Positions 48,233-58,431 of a stretch of 64,000 nucleotides of DNA are shown here, piece after piece. The notes beneath the pieces were generated by a model. That model was not told the origin of the DNA. It searched no databases and saw only the letters and a program-made list of their open reading frames with translations. Each line of letters starts with the position of its first letter. Position 1 is the first letter of the stretch. This DNA is from Planctomycetota bacterium (GTDB taxonomy: Bacteria > Planctomycetota > B15-G4): the NCBI GenBank assembly GCA_038212275.1, contig JBBQUR010000018.1:32001-96000 (forward strand), given 5' to 3'. Made by a program: the position numbers and the translations under genes.

Positions 48233-49588
48233 TCACGAGCGCTGCAGTCTAGCCCGTCGGAAATACGCAGCCATATATACCAGATGGAACAGCCCGACGG
48301 CCCGGCCGAGCCCGGCGGCCGCAGCCACCCCTATCGGCCCGAACCAGTGTCCGCCAAAGAAGATCCCGAGCACCACGAGCGCCGCCAGCAGGAAGTTGAA
48401 CGGCACGGCCTGCCTGAGCTTGCCACTGTAGATGTAGAAGGCCTCGACCACGCAGGTGAATCCGATGAACAGGTTGCCTGATGTCAGGCACAGGTAGTAC
48501 CTGAAGCTGTCCTCGGCTCCCTCGCCGTAGAAGTAGCGGATCACGACCCACATCACCGGGATGGACAGCAGCGTCGCGACCACCATCACACTGCCCGCGA
48601 TGAGCGACACGCGCTTCAGGAGCCCGCCCATCTGGTCGAAGGGCGTGTCCGCATTGGCAACCTTCAGGCCCAGCGCCGGAAGCAGGGCCTGGGTGACGCC
48701 GCCCATCGCCAGCCCGAGCCCCCACGAGAGCACGTAGGCGATGCTGTAGGCGGCATTGGCGTGAAAGGCCTCGCCCGAAGCCTGCAGCGTCGCCAGCGCC
48801 GGGATGAGCAGCATGCCGAAGCGGGGCACGAGCGTATTCATGCTCTTGTTGAGCGCCAGCAGGTACGAGAGCCCGAACACCTGCCTGATCCTGGCCCCCG
48901 GGATCGCCCTGACGACTTCGCCGAGCGGCGGAGGCGCCAGTCGCGGGTCGCCCAGTTGCGAACGCCGGTAGAAGTGCAGCGCGATCGCCCCCGCCAGTGC
49001 CATGTGCACGAGGAACGCCCAGACCACGCCGCCCACGCCGTAGCCCGACTGCAGCGCGAAGTAGACGAGCCCGAGCCGCAGCATGTTCGTGCTGATGTCG
49101 AACCACGCGAAGGAGCGCATCTGTCGCGTGCCCTGAAGCGCGACGACCGTCAGTCCGCGAACCACCTCGAACAGGCCCGCCACGCACAGCAGCGCCGCCC
49201 AGTGGCCGACCTGCGGATCATCGTAGAAATGGTCGGCGACCGCCGGCCCGAACGCGAAGCCCAGCGCGATGACCAGCACCGACGACACGAGGCCGATCTT
49301 CAGCATGGAGGCCAGCGCGTTGACGCATGCCGCGCGATCCCGGCGACCGATCGCCTCGCTGTAGCGCGACACCGCGGCGTTGACGACGCCCATGCTCACG
49401 AGGAAGTACGCGAACATGAAGATCTCGCGCGCCGTGTTCCAGCGCCCCATCTCGGTCATGCCGAGGAAGCGCTTGGTCAGCACCGACGTGATCAGGTAGC
49501 CGCCGCCCGTGACGAAGGTGGCCAGTTGGAGCACGAGCGCATCGCGCACGAACTTCTTCTGGTGCAGTGCCTTGAGCTGCCGCCTCAC
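48233..49588 (-). CDS. Wzx-like oligosaccharide flippase (MOP superfamily)
   Basis: About 450 aa, many TM helices, glycan cluster context; GTG start overlaps upstream stop. Confidence 0.78.
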   Translation of the reverse strand: MRRQLKALHQKKFVRDALVLQLATFVTGGGYLITSVLTKRFLGMTEMGRWNTAREIFMFAYFLVSMGVVNAAVSRYSEAIGRRDRAACVNALASMLKIGLVSSVLVIALGFAFGPAVADHFYDDPQVGHWAALLCVAGLFEVVRGLTVVALQGTRQMRSFAWFDISTNMLRLGLVYFALQSGYGVGGVVWAFLVHMALAGAIALHFYRRSQLGDPRLAPPPLGEVVRAIPGARIRQVFGLSYLLALNKSMNTLVPRFGMLLIPALATLQASGEAFHANAAYSIAYVLSWGLGLAMGGVTQALLPALGLKVANADTPFDQMGGLLKRVSLIAGSVMVVATLLSIPVMWVVIRYFYGEGAEDSFRYYLCLTSGNLFIGFTCVVEAFYIYSGKLRQAVPFNFLLAALVVLGIFFGGHWFGPIGVAAAAGLGRAVGLFHLVYMAAYFRRARLQRS

Positions 49589-50784
49589 GTCGGGCGCCCG
49601 GTGGCGAGCAGCTCGTCGTAAATGGCGCGCACGCGGCGCGCCGCCCCGTCCCAGGTCTGTCCCTCGGCGCGCGCGCGACCCGCGCGCCCCATGCGCGCCG
49701 CCAGGGCTGGATCCCGCGCCAGCGCAACCAGCGCGCCGGCCAGGCCGTCGCTGTCCTCGCGCTGCCGCAGGAAGCCGTTGCTTCCGTCCGTGATCGCGTC
49801 CTCCGCCCCGCTGTCCGCCACGCCCACGACGGGGCGCTCCGCCGCGCCGGCCTCGAGGAAGACCAGGCCGAAGGCCTCGAAGCCGCCCTCGTCGCTGGTC
49901 ATCGGCGTCAGCATGAATGCCGTGCAGGCGCGCATGAGCGCGACCTTGCGCGCCTCGCTGACGTTGCCGAGAAAGTGCACATGCTCTCCGGCCCCGGCTT
50001 CCGTGATCTGTGCACGGAGCGCAGTGTAGTAGGGATCGCCCTCGGTGTAGCGCCCCACGATCGCGTAGTGCAGCGACGGCTCCTGCTTCCATGCGCGCAG
50101 AAACGCCGGCAGCGACGTGGTGTATCCCTTGCGCTGCTTGACCTCTCCCACGCACAGCACGTACGGCGACGGCACGCCCGGAAGCTCGGAACCCGCGGCT
50201 TGCACGGCGTAGTCATCCGGTGCACAGCCGTAGGGGACGACCTCGGCGCCGTGCGGATCGGCCACGCGCCGCACCTGCTCCAGCGCGAAGCGACTTCCCG
50301 TCAGGAATCGGTCCGTGCGCCGGAACATCCAGCCGATGAGCCTGCGGTGCACGGGCATCGCACACGGCGTGACGGAGTAGGTGCCGTGCCCCGACACCAC
50401 GACGGGCCGCCGCGTCATCCGTGCGACGAGCACGGCCAGCCAGCCCATCGGGTAATCCGAGAAGCTGTGCACGACGTCGGCGCGCCCCGCGGCGCGCACG
50501 AGCGCCGGCAGCGACAGGAGCAGCACGCGCGCCAGCTTCGGCACGCTGAGAAAAGGAAAGTGATCCATCGGCAGCACGGCTTGCACCGTGACGCCCTGCG
50601 TCGGCAGGTCGGCCGAGAGTCCGCGATGACCGCGGCCGGTGAAGACCTCGATGCCGTCGCAGAGCGGCGCGAGGCTGCGCAGCGTGCCGACGCCGTAGCG
50701 GCCCACGCCATCCACCTCCGAAAGCGAGTGCGTGAGCACGAGCACGCGCGGCCGGCGCGCCACCGGCCCGGGCACGGTGCTCAT
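49585..50784 (-). CDS. Glycosyltransferase family 4
   Basis: GEVKQRKG, EAFGLVFLEAGAAERPVV. Confidence 0.92.
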   Translation of the reverse strand: MSTVPGPVARRPRVLVLTHSLSEVDGVGRYGVGTLRSLAPLCDGIEVFTGRGHRGLSADLPTQGVTVQAVLPMDHFPFLSVPKLARVLLLSLPALVRAAGRADVVHSFSDYPMGWLAVLVARMTRRPVVVSGHGTYSVTPCAMPVHRRLIGWMFRRTDRFLTGSRFALEQVRRVADPHGAEVVPYGCAPDDYAVQAAGSELPGVPSPYVLCVGEVKQRKGYTTSLPAFLRAWKQEPSLHYAIVGRYTEGDPYYTALRAQITEAGAGEHVHFLGNVSEARKVALMRACTAFMLTPMTSDEGGFEAFGLVFLEAGAAERPVVGVADSGAEDAITDGSNGFLRQREDSDGLAGALVALARDPALAARMGRAGRARAEGQTWDGAARRVRAIYDELLATGRPT

Positions 50785-52520
50785 GAGCCACCCGGGGCGT
50801 AGCGCCAGCAGCGGATCCACGGGCCCGGCCGTTCGTAGCGCCAGAGCTGCACGAGGGCGAAGGACATGTCCGTGGGCAGCGCCGCCTCGGAGGGCGGGCT
50901 GTGCCCGGTGGGCGACAGCTCGTACACGAGCTGTCCATGCGCGGCATTCCACTCCGTGACGGGAGCGCGCCGCAGCTCATCGGGCTTGCGGTCCACCTGC
51001 ACGTAGAAGCCGACCTTCCAGGCGCGCAGGAAGTCGCCGAAGGCCATCGGCACCGCACCGGCGAGGTAGTCGGTCGGGTAGTAGCTGTCGAACTTCCAGA
51101 AGCGCGAGATCGGGACGAGGGCGCGCGCCTCGGGCGGCGTCGGCCGGCCCATGCCTTCGTGCTCGAGCACCCGCTCCTCCTGCCGGTTGATCCACACGAG
51201 CGGCGCCAGGGCGCGCACCGACGCGGGAGTCGGCAGCAGCGGCGGCCCGTAACCATCGAGGCACACGACCTCGTCGGGCCCGATGAGCGCGGGCAGTTCG
51301 CGCGCCGCCCGCGTGCGGGTGTCTTCGCGCCCCAGCACGAGGTCGAGTCGCGCGGCCTGGCACAGCGGCAACGCAAGCGCCATCGCGGCCAGGGTGGCCC
51401 GTGTGCGCGGCCACTCCATCCGCGCCGAGGCCAGTTCGCCCAGAGCCCAGGCGGCGCCGAGCGCGAGAAAGGGTGCGGCGGGAAGCAGGTAGCGCACGTG
51501 CGCGCCATCGTAGGCCAGGAAAAGCAGCGTGATGCCCAGCGCCGGCAGGCACAGCACGAGGCGCGCGGCATCGCGCCGCGTGCGCCACAGTCCGGCGAGC
51601 CCGAGCAAGCCGACGGCGACGAGCACCGGGTCGTAGCCGAACCAGGCGCGCGCCGTGGGCCATGCGAAAGTGCCGCGCAGCGCGCCGACATCGAAGGCCT
51701 GGCCGCCGATGTCCATGGCCGCATCCGCATCGAGCTGTCCGGCGATCTGTCCCTTGCCGGTGTCCGCGCCGTACACCAGCAGGTACGGATATCCGACGCA
51801 GAGCAGCACGACCACGCCGGCCAGCAGCCCGACGAGCACCGGCCAGACGCCAGGCCGCCAGCAGAGCAGCGCCAGTGCGACCACGCCGAAGAACAGCGCG
51901 CCGACCGGATGCGTAGACGCCGAGAGCGCCGCGCAGACGAACGCGAAGGCCACGTCGCGCACGCGTCGCTGCGTGCGCAGCCGCAGGCTGGCCCAGAGGG
52001 CGCATGCGCCGAACGCGGTCATCGGCGCCCAGGGGCGTTCGGTGTGCGCGTACTGCACGACCAGCAGCGACGTGCCCGCCAGGAGCGCGGCCACCGCGGC
52101 CCTGCCCCGTGTCCAGTCCAGGCAGCGCGCGGCACGATAGGTCGCGAGGGGCAGAAGCAGTGTCAGCAGCGCCGAGACGAGGCGCGCGCCGAACCACGCA
52201 AGACCGGGGTCATCGAACACGGCCTCCGCGAATTCGCCCGCACCGTGCCAGCGCCCCGTGACGCGCCCGAACACGAAGGTGGCCGACACCGCAGCCAGAT
52301 CCGCATACGGCAGCAGGTACGGATACGTGGTGTACTCGCCCGACGGCGGCACGAGCGCCTGCAGCGTGCCGACCTTGCCGGCGCCGAGGTCGCGCGCCAT
52401 GCCGAGCGCGCACTTCACGGCGTGATCGTCGGGCACGTAGCGCTGCGGCAGTCCGTGGCCCAGCGAGAGGAAGAGCAGCGCGGCCACCACCAGCATCACC
52501 GCGCGCAGCGGGTGCGTCAT
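50781..52520 (-). CDS. GT-C-type membrane glycosyltransferase (ArnT/PMT-like)
   Basis: TM helix then acidic loop YVPDD, ARLVSALL, multiple TMs, RYLLPAAPFL, soluble C-terminal domain. Confidence 0.72.
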   Translation of the reverse strand: MTHPLRAVMLVVAALLFLSLGHGLPQRYVPDDHAVKCALGMARDLGAGKVGTLQALVPPSGEYTTYPYLLPYADLAAVSATFVFGRVTGRWHGAGEFAEAVFDDPGLAWFGARLVSALLTLLLPLATYRAARCLDWTRGRAAVAALLAGTSLLVVQYAHTERPWAPMTAFGACALWASLRLRTQRRVRDVAFAFVCAALSASTHPVGALFFGVVALALLCWRPGVWPVLVGLLAGVVVLLCVGYPYLLVYGADTGKGQIAGQLDADAAMDIGGQAFDVGALRGTFAWPTARAWFGYDPVLVAVGLLGLAGLWRTRRDAARLVLCLPALGITLLFLAYDGAHVRYLLPAAPFLALGAAWALGELASARMEWPRTRATLAAMALALPLCQAARLDLVLGREDTRTRAARELPALIGPDEVVCLDGYGPPLLPTPASVRALAPLVWINRQEERVLEHEGMGRPTPPEARALVPISRFWKFDSYYPTDYLAGAVPMAFGDFLRAWKVGFYVQVDRKPDELRRAPVTEWNAAHGQLVYELSPTGHSPPSEAALPTDMSFALVQLWRYERPGPWIRCWRYAPGGS

Positions 52521-53716
52521 CGGCTGCCCCTGACGGTCAGTGTCCGGCGCAGGAAGGCCGCCACCGCCTGACCGCGCGCGCTCCAGTCGAAGGCGGAGAC
52601 TTCCTCGAGCGCGGCGGTGGCGAGCCGGCGCCCGCGTGCGCCGTCCGCGAGCAGGGCGGCCACTCCCGCGGCGAGCGCGACGGGATCGTCCGGCGCCACG
52701 AGCACCGCGTCGCGGTCGTGCGTCAGCACCTCGCGCAACGACGGGATGTCGCTGGCCACGATCGGCCGGCGGCTCGCCATCGCCTCGAAAAGCTTGAGCG
52801 GTGAGGTGAAGCGCGCGGAGATTTCCTCCTTGCCGCTGTTCGGCAGCACGACGACATCGCCGCCGGAAAGGTGAAAGGGCACCGTCGCGTGCGGCACCGT
52901 CCCCGCGAAGTGCACGCGTCCCGGTGCCACGTGCTGCGCGAGCCCGACGACGCGCGGCAGGTTCTGTGCGTCGCCGCCGACGACGAGCAGTTGCGCGTCG
53001 GGCAGGTGCGCCATCGCCTCGATGAGCGTGTCCACGCCCTTCCACGGATAGAACTGGCCCGCGTAGACGAGTGTCGGCTTCTCGGGCAGGTGCAGATGCC
53101 GGCGCGCCGTCACCGCATCGGGCATGCCGGCAAAGCGCGCCAGGTGCACGCCGTCGCGCGCGACGAGAATCCGCTCGCGCTCGATGCCCGAGGCGACGAG
53201 GTCGTCACGCAGGGCATCGCTGATCGTGATGAGCGCCGGAACGCGGGCCAGCAGGCTGAGGGTCTGCTCGCGCCGCGGTCCCGGGGCCGGCAGGCTGTGC
53301 ACCTCCGCGGCGAGGCGGGCGACGTCGGGCTGGCGCAGCCCCTTCAGCAGGACGGCCAGCGTGTAGTGGTCGCGGACGAGGATGCCGGCATCGCGCTCGA
53401 CGGCGGCGCGCGCCAGGGCGCGCCACGCGAACGTCACCGACTGCAGCAGGAAGGGCACGCGCTGGAAGCGCTGCGGAAACATGTCGATGGTGTCGAAGCT
53501 CGCGAGGCGCTGCACCCCGAAGGTATGGCGCACGCCGTAGTGCGCGTAGGTGTCCGTGTCGCGATAGGGAAAGCGGCGCGGCACGACCACGTCCACGTTG
53601 AGCCCCGTCGCTGCGAGGGCCTCGGCCATGGCGGCCACCTGGATGCCGTGAGCGCGCGGTCCCGGGAAGCGGATGTTCACGACGAGGTTCACGCGCGACA
53701 GGTGGGAGCGATTCAC
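52517..53716 (-). CDS. Glycosyltransferase family 4
   Basis: GQFYPWKG, TSPLKLFEAMASRRPIVASD. Confidence 0.92.
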   Translation of the reverse strand: MNRSHLSRVNLVVNIRFPGPRAHGIQVAAMAEALAATGLNVDVVVPRRFPYRDTDTYAHYGVRHTFGVQRLASFDTIDMFPQRFQRVPFLLQSVTFAWRALARAAVERDAGILVRDHYTLAVLLKGLRQPDVARLAAEVHSLPAPGPRREQTLSLLARVPALITISDALRDDLVASGIERERILVARDGVHLARFAGMPDAVTARRHLHLPEKPTLVYAGQFYPWKGVDTLIEAMAHLPDAQLLVVGGDAQNLPRVVGLAQHVAPGRVHFAGTVPHATVPFHLSGGDVVVLPNSGKEEISARFTSPLKLFEAMASRRPIVASDIPSLREVLTHDRDAVLVAPDDPVALAAGVAALLADGARGRRLATAALEEVSAFDWSARGQAVAAFLRRTLTVRGSR

Positions 53717-53913
53717 GCGGGCATCAACCGGTCAGGCCGGACCTTCACGCTCGGAAGCTCAGTCGGTACGGCGAGGAACGCTGCGGGCACGTCGGGGCGA
53801 CTCCGCCCCCGGCAGGCCGGCACGGTGCCACGACGCGCGGCACGGGGGGCCGCCGCTGCGTCGCCGCCACGGTGTGTGGCAGCCGGTGCATACAGTCCTT
53901 AATCTCCGCACCG

Positions 53914-55539
53914 ATGTCGAGCTTTGCCACTGTCCTCCGATCCTCGTGGCGATGCGGCGGGCCGGCGGCGCTGGCGGCGCTCGCGTGGTGGATCGCAGCC
54001 TGCGCGTCGCCCGATGCCGGCCAGCTGCCGACGTCAGCGGACCGTGCCGGGCACGCCATCGTGCTCGCAGCCCTGCTGGTCTGCCCCGGCTGGGGCCTGC
54101 TGCGCCTGCTGTCCTCCATCGATCGGCGCTTCGGCATCGCAGCTGGTTCGCTCTGCCTCTCCCTGCTGCTGCTCGGCCTCGCGGGGCCTGCGGGAGCGGC
54201 GCTCGCGCCCCGCTCGGTGCATGCGCTCACGCTGGTGCTCGCGCTGGCCGGCGGCGTGCGACAGCTGCTCTTCAAGCGCTGGCAGCAGCGGCAGCCCGCC
54301 CACCCCGAGCCGATGCCGTTGTGGCCGACGCGGCTGCCGCTGTGCGTCGCCATCCTGCTGCTCGCACTGGCGGCCGTGTGCCTGGCCGCGCCCGGCGCCG
54401 GCACGTCCGGCCATGCCGAGTTCCCGGCTTCGTCGGAAACGGCACCGGCGATGGCACCGGCGATGGCAGTCGCGACGGATGACGCTGCCGCCGGCCACTT
54501 CCACGCCGAGACCCTCCGCGTGCTCGTGGCGGTCGGCGCTCTGCAGCCCGACGAAGCCAGGCGGCTCGTCGCTGTGGCCTGCCTGGCCGCGGTGCTGCTC
54601 TTCGCGGCGGAAGCCATCTCGCGCCTGCGCGGCAATCGCGGCGCACCTCTGGCCATGCTCGCGCTGCTGCTCGCCTGCCAACCGCTCGGCGTCCCGCTCG
54701 CGCTGCTCGGCAGCGGCCCTCCGTGGTCCGTCGCGCACGCGACGGACGCGCTGGCCGCCGCGGCCGCCGACGGCAGACTCGGCGGCGCACTGCGGCCCTT
54801 CCTCGACGGCAGCCCGCTCGTGCTGTCGCTCGCCTTCACGGGGATGCTGCTCTCGACCACGCTGTCCGTGCTGCGGCGCGCGAGCCACCACGTGCCGCGG
54901 CTCGCTGCGGCCGCCGCGTTCGGGCTCGTGGTGTCGCTGCCGGAAGCCGCCTTCGTGCTTCTGCCGGGCTGGATTCTCGGCGTGTGGTGGGCGCACCGCA
55001 TGTGCCGCGCCGCCGCCAGCGCCGACCCGACCTCCGTGGCCACGACACGCCGACCGGGCGAGCCGGTGCTGCTGCGTGCGCCGTTCTGGGCGCTCGCCCT
55101 GCCGATCGGCGGCGCCGGCGTGCTGGCCTTCTGGTGGACGGGCGCCACGCTGCCGCAACCTCTCGGCTCGACGTCCGCCGGCGCCGTGACGCTGCAGCTG
55201 CTCGTCGGCGTGATGCCGTGCGCCGTGCTCTTCGTGCCCGGCGTGCGCCAGCTCAACGCGAGCCCGGGCCGCGAGGCATACCTCTTCATGGGCGTCATGC
55301 TCGGCGCGCTGCTCGGCGGACTTCTCTGCGTGCTTCCCGGGTTCTCGCCGGGCGCGGGCGACACGCTCGCCCGGCTGCTGTGCCTGCTGCTGGCGGTGCC
55401 GGTGGGCAATGGTGCGCTGGCGCTCATGGATCGCCACGGCAGGCGCGCGCGCCTCGCGCTGCTGCTCGGCGTGCTCGCCGTGCTGCCCGGCGCGCTGCTC
55501 CTGCTCAGGTCGGCCAGTGACCCGAGATGGTCAGGGTGA
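53914..55539 (+). CDS. Polytopic Ala/Leu-rich membrane protein, function unknown
   Basis: Long ORF of repeated hydrophobic segments filling the gap between minus-strand operons; start uncertain (53872 or 53914). Confidence 0.6.
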   Translation: MSSFATVLRSSWRCGGPAALAALAWWIAACASPDAGQLPTSADRAGHAIVLAALLVCPGWGLLRLLSSIDRRFGIAAGSLCLSLLLLGLAGPAGAALAPRSVHALTLVLALAGGVRQLLFKRWQQRQPAHPEPMPLWPTRLPLCVAILLLALAAVCLAAPGAGTSGHAEFPASSETAPAMAPAMAVATDDAAAGHFHAETLRVLVAVGALQPDEARRLVAVACLAAVLLFAAEAISRLRGNRGAPLAMLALLLACQPLGVPLALLGSGPPWSVAHATDALAAAAADGRLGGALRPFLDGSPLVLSLAFTGMLLSTTLSVLRRASHHVPRLAAAAAFGLVVSLPEAAFVLLPGWILGVWWAHRMCRAAASADPTSVATTRRPGEPVLLRAPFWALALPIGGAGVLAFWWTGATLPQPLGSTSAGAVTLQLLVGVMPCAVLFVPGVRQLNASPGREAYLFMGVMLGALLGGLLCVLPGFSPGAGDTLARLLCLLLAVPVGNGALALMDRHGRRARLALLLGVLAVLPGALLLLRSASDPRWSG

Positions 55540-57382
55540 CGGCGCCCCCGCGCGCTGCCAGGGTCACGACGCCCCCACGGAGTCGGGCGCTGCCGCCGTC
55601 GCAGGCGAGCGTCACCTCCGTCAGCGCGGCGGGCACGCGATAGCGCACGGCGCCGTGCACGTCCTTCAGCTGCAGCGTGTCCGACAGCGCGACCCGGTCC
55701 TCGAGAAAGCGCACCTGGCGCACGGTGGTCGCTCCGGGCCAGCGGCGACCGTCGCGGTCCGCGAGGGCGCCGTCGAAACGCACCTCGTCGCCGTCGACGT
55801 GCTGGTCCGTCGCGAGGTCGAGGTGGCTCGCGAGCCACGGCGAGGCCTCGGCCCAGCTGCGCAGCACGACGTGCCTCCACGGATAGAGGAGCGCATGCAG
55901 CGGCCGGCGCGCGCGCCATTCGACCGACGTGACGAACAGCCGGAAACGGAGGTCGCTCCGATCCGTCGACAGCACCGAGCGCAGGCGCGAGAGCCGACCC
56001 GGCGCGCCCGCGGGCCGCAGCAGGAAGCTGCCCTCGCGCTGTCGCCGGAAGCGCACGCGCGGAACGAGTTCGCGGCCGCGCGCGACGCGCTTGTCGGGCA
56101 TCACCACCAGCGACTGGAGCTGCCCCCCGCCCGCGTCGCAGCCGAAGAGATTGCCCGGACGGCGGTGCCGTCCGCGCAGCACCGCGACGCAGCGCGGGCG
56201 CTCGACGTGCACGAGACCCGACTGCGGCAGATCCAGCGTGAACGGCGGCCGCGGCATGCCCTGCAGCGGCACGTCCGCCAGCACGCGCGCGACCCAGGCC
56301 GCGTGCGCGCTCCAGAACACGCGGCACTGGAAGTTGACGCCCCTGCCGTGGTGGCTGAGGACGCCTCCGTCGGTGTCGAGGTGCGCGATCCACTCCTCCA
56401 TGACGCGCCCCGCCTCGTTGAGGTAGAGCGCGCTGCGCTCCGGGAACGCGCGCGCGCCGCGATGCAACGCCCACGCATCGAAGGGATGGCTCGCGACCTC
56501 GTAGTCGCTCTCCCAGTACCAGGGCTTGGCTTCGTTGGCGAGCACCTTGCGGTAGTTGCCGTCGCGCATGGCCACCAGCGCATCGAGCGCGGCTCGCAGC
56601 CGCTCGCGCGAGTGCTCATCGAGGCTCACGCCCAGCACCTCGTGGATGTAGAGCACGAAGCCCGGCGTGCGCGAGTGATAGAAACCGGACGTGTCCGAGA
56701 GCCCCGGATGCGTGCAGTCCCTGCTGCCCAGCGGGATGTAGGGCGCCACGCCGTCCGGAGCGAGTTCCGACAGCGCGAGCGCGCAACCGGCGAGCGCGTC
56801 CGCGGCCCAGTCCTGCCGGCCGAGCAACCGCGCGGCGCGCGCCACGCCGGTGCCGGCCCACAACCGCTGCGCGGGAATCGGCTTGTCGCGCGCACTCTGG
56901 CGGAGGTATCCGTCGACGTGCTGCTCCAGCGCGTCGCAGCAGCGGTCGCGCTCCGCGGAGCTGAAGGCCTCGGGCGCCTCCTGCAGCAGCGTCGCGATCG
57001 TGTCCGCGCACGCGCCGCCGTCGATGCTGTTCGTGCTCGCGTTGGCCGGGTCCGCGCGTCCGGGCAGAAAGACGGGCACCTTGCTCTCAGGGTCCGGGCC
57101 GAGCATGTCCACGGCGCGCAGCACCTGTCGCCTGGCCCGCGCGAGATAGAAGTCCTCGCGCGTGTAGCGCCAGTTCTCCAGGTTGATGATCGCGCCGTAG
57201 ACGTTCTTGCCCGTGTGCTCGACCCGGTGCCGCGGACAGAAAAGCACGCCATCGGGGCGCGTCTGCCGCTCGAGAAACTCCGAGAGCCCGCGCAGGATGC
57301 CGAGCCGCAGCGCGACCTGGTCGACGAGCCGCGTGCGGCCTTCCCCGGCCGCGACCTCGTGATGCGGGACGACGTCGCTCAC
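55505..57382 (-). CDS. Hypothetical protein, probable (alpha/alpha)-toroid plus beta-rich C-terminus
   Basis: GTG overlaps upstream GT4 stop; recurring xxDG turns (QTRPDG, LAPDG, MRDG, LDTDGG). Confidence 0.65.
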   Translation of the reverse strand: MSDVVPHHEVAAGEGRTRLVDQVALRLGILRGLSEFLERQTRPDGVLFCPRHRVEHTGKNVYGAIINLENWRYTREDFYLARARRQVLRAVDMLGPDPESKVPVFLPGRADPANASTNSIDGGACADTIATLLQEAPEAFSSAERDRCCDALEQHVDGYLRQSARDKPIPAQRLWAGTGVARAARLLGRQDWAADALAGCALALSELAPDGVAPYIPLGSRDCTHPGLSDTSGFYHSRTPGFVLYIHEVLGVSLDEHSRERLRAALDALVAMRDGNYRKVLANEAKPWYWESDYEVASHPFDAWALHRGARAFPERSALYLNEAGRVMEEWIAHLDTDGGVLSHHGRGVNFQCRVFWSAHAAWVARVLADVPLQGMPRPPFTLDLPQSGLVHVERPRCVAVLRGRHRRPGNLFGCDAGGGQLQSLVVMPDKRVARGRELVPRVRFRRQREGSFLLRPAGAPGRLSRLRSVLSTDRSDLRFRLFVTSVEWRARRPLHALLYPWRHVVLRSWAEASPWLASHLDLATDQHVDGDEVRFDGALADRDGRRWPGATTVRQVRFLEDRVALSDTLQLKDVHGAVRYRVPAALTEVTLACDGGSARLRGGVVTLAARGGAVTLTISGHWPT

Positions 57383-58431
57383 TCGCGCGGCTCCATGTCG
57401 GAGACCATGCGCGGGATGAGGCGCGACAGGTCGTGATCGCGCCGGACCAGATCGCGCAGCCGCTCGCCGAGCGCGGCGGCGTCGGTGTCGTTCATCGCCA
57501 TCAGACGCAGCAGGCCGGCGGCCAGGTCGGCCGGATCGTTCTGGCGGAACATGAGCAGCGGCGCGAGTTCGGGGCCCAGCAGCGGCGTGAAGGACTCGTT
57601 GCACGTGAGCGGCAACGTGCCGCAGGCCATGGCCTCGAGCACGACCTTGTCCACGCTGCCGGTGCGGCTCGCATTCACCATGACGCGCGCGCGTCGCATG
57701 ACCTCCGCCACGGCCGGCCACGGAACCGCGCCGAGGAAGTTCACCCGCCCGGGAAAGAGGCGCGCAGCCGTCTCGTGCAGCGCCGCGCGGAAGGGCGCAT
57801 CACCCGGCAGGAGAATCTCGCCAGCGATTTCGGTCCGCGGACACTCCGGCAGCAGCGCGAGCGCCGCGAGCAGTTCGTCCTGGCCCTTGCTCGGCGCGAG
57901 CCGCCCGACGGTGAGGACGTCCACCGGCCGGGGCCGCGGCCCCGCGACGAAGTGCCTGCAGTCGATGCCGTGCCCGGTGACGACGCGCACGCCGTGCCTG
58001 GCCTTCAGGCGGAAGGATTCCTCGCTCGCCGTGAAGACCTTGCGCACCAGCGGCACCGCGAGGCGCAGGTTGCGGTCGACGCCCTTGTGCGTGTACCAGA
58101 GGTAGATGGGGATGCCGCGCGGCACGACGACCGGCGCCGCATAGAGCACGAACTTCGGGACCATGTGCGCCCACACCGCGTCGGGCCGCCGGCCGCCGCG
58201 CAGCCCGGTGAGTCCGCCAACAAGCCGGCGCAGCATCGTGAGATGCCCGCCGCCCTCGTCCTTGCCCAGCGACCGCACGTCCACGTGGCCGGGCAGCGAC
58301 ACGGTGCCGACGCGCTGCGCGAAGACGGTGAGCCGGTCGACGTGGCGCGCGAACTCCTCGCACCAGCCGTGGAAGAAGCCGAGCACCGCGTCCTGGCTGT
58401 CGAGAACCTGAGTCAGGATGACGAGATGCAT
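57379..58431 (-). CDS. Glycosyltransferase family 4
   Basis: VGRLAPSKG, GSVDKVVLEAMACG. Confidence 0.9.
   Translation of the reverse strand: MHLVILTQVLDSQDAVLGFFHGWCEEFARHVDRLTVFAQRVGTVSLPGHVDVRSLGKDEGGGHLTMLRRLVGGLTGLRGGRRPDAVWAHMVPKFVLYAAPVVVPRGIPIYLWYTHKGVDRNLRLAVPLVRKVFTASEESFRLKARHGVRVVTGHGIDCRHFVAGPRPRPVDVLTVGRLAPSKGQDELLAALALLPECPRTEIAGEILLPGDAPFRAALHETAARLFPGRVNFLGAVPWPAVAEVMRRARVMVNASRTGSVDKVVLEAMACGTLPLTCNESFTPLLGPELAPLLMFRQNDPADLAAGLLRLMAMNDTDAAALGERLRDLVRRDHDLSRLIPRMVSDMEPRE

Noticed and set aside
40624..48431. Long plus-strand ORFs (790, 559 and 1065 aa) opposite the glycan genes
   Set aside because: Same shadow effect; the minus-strand frames carry the family motifs
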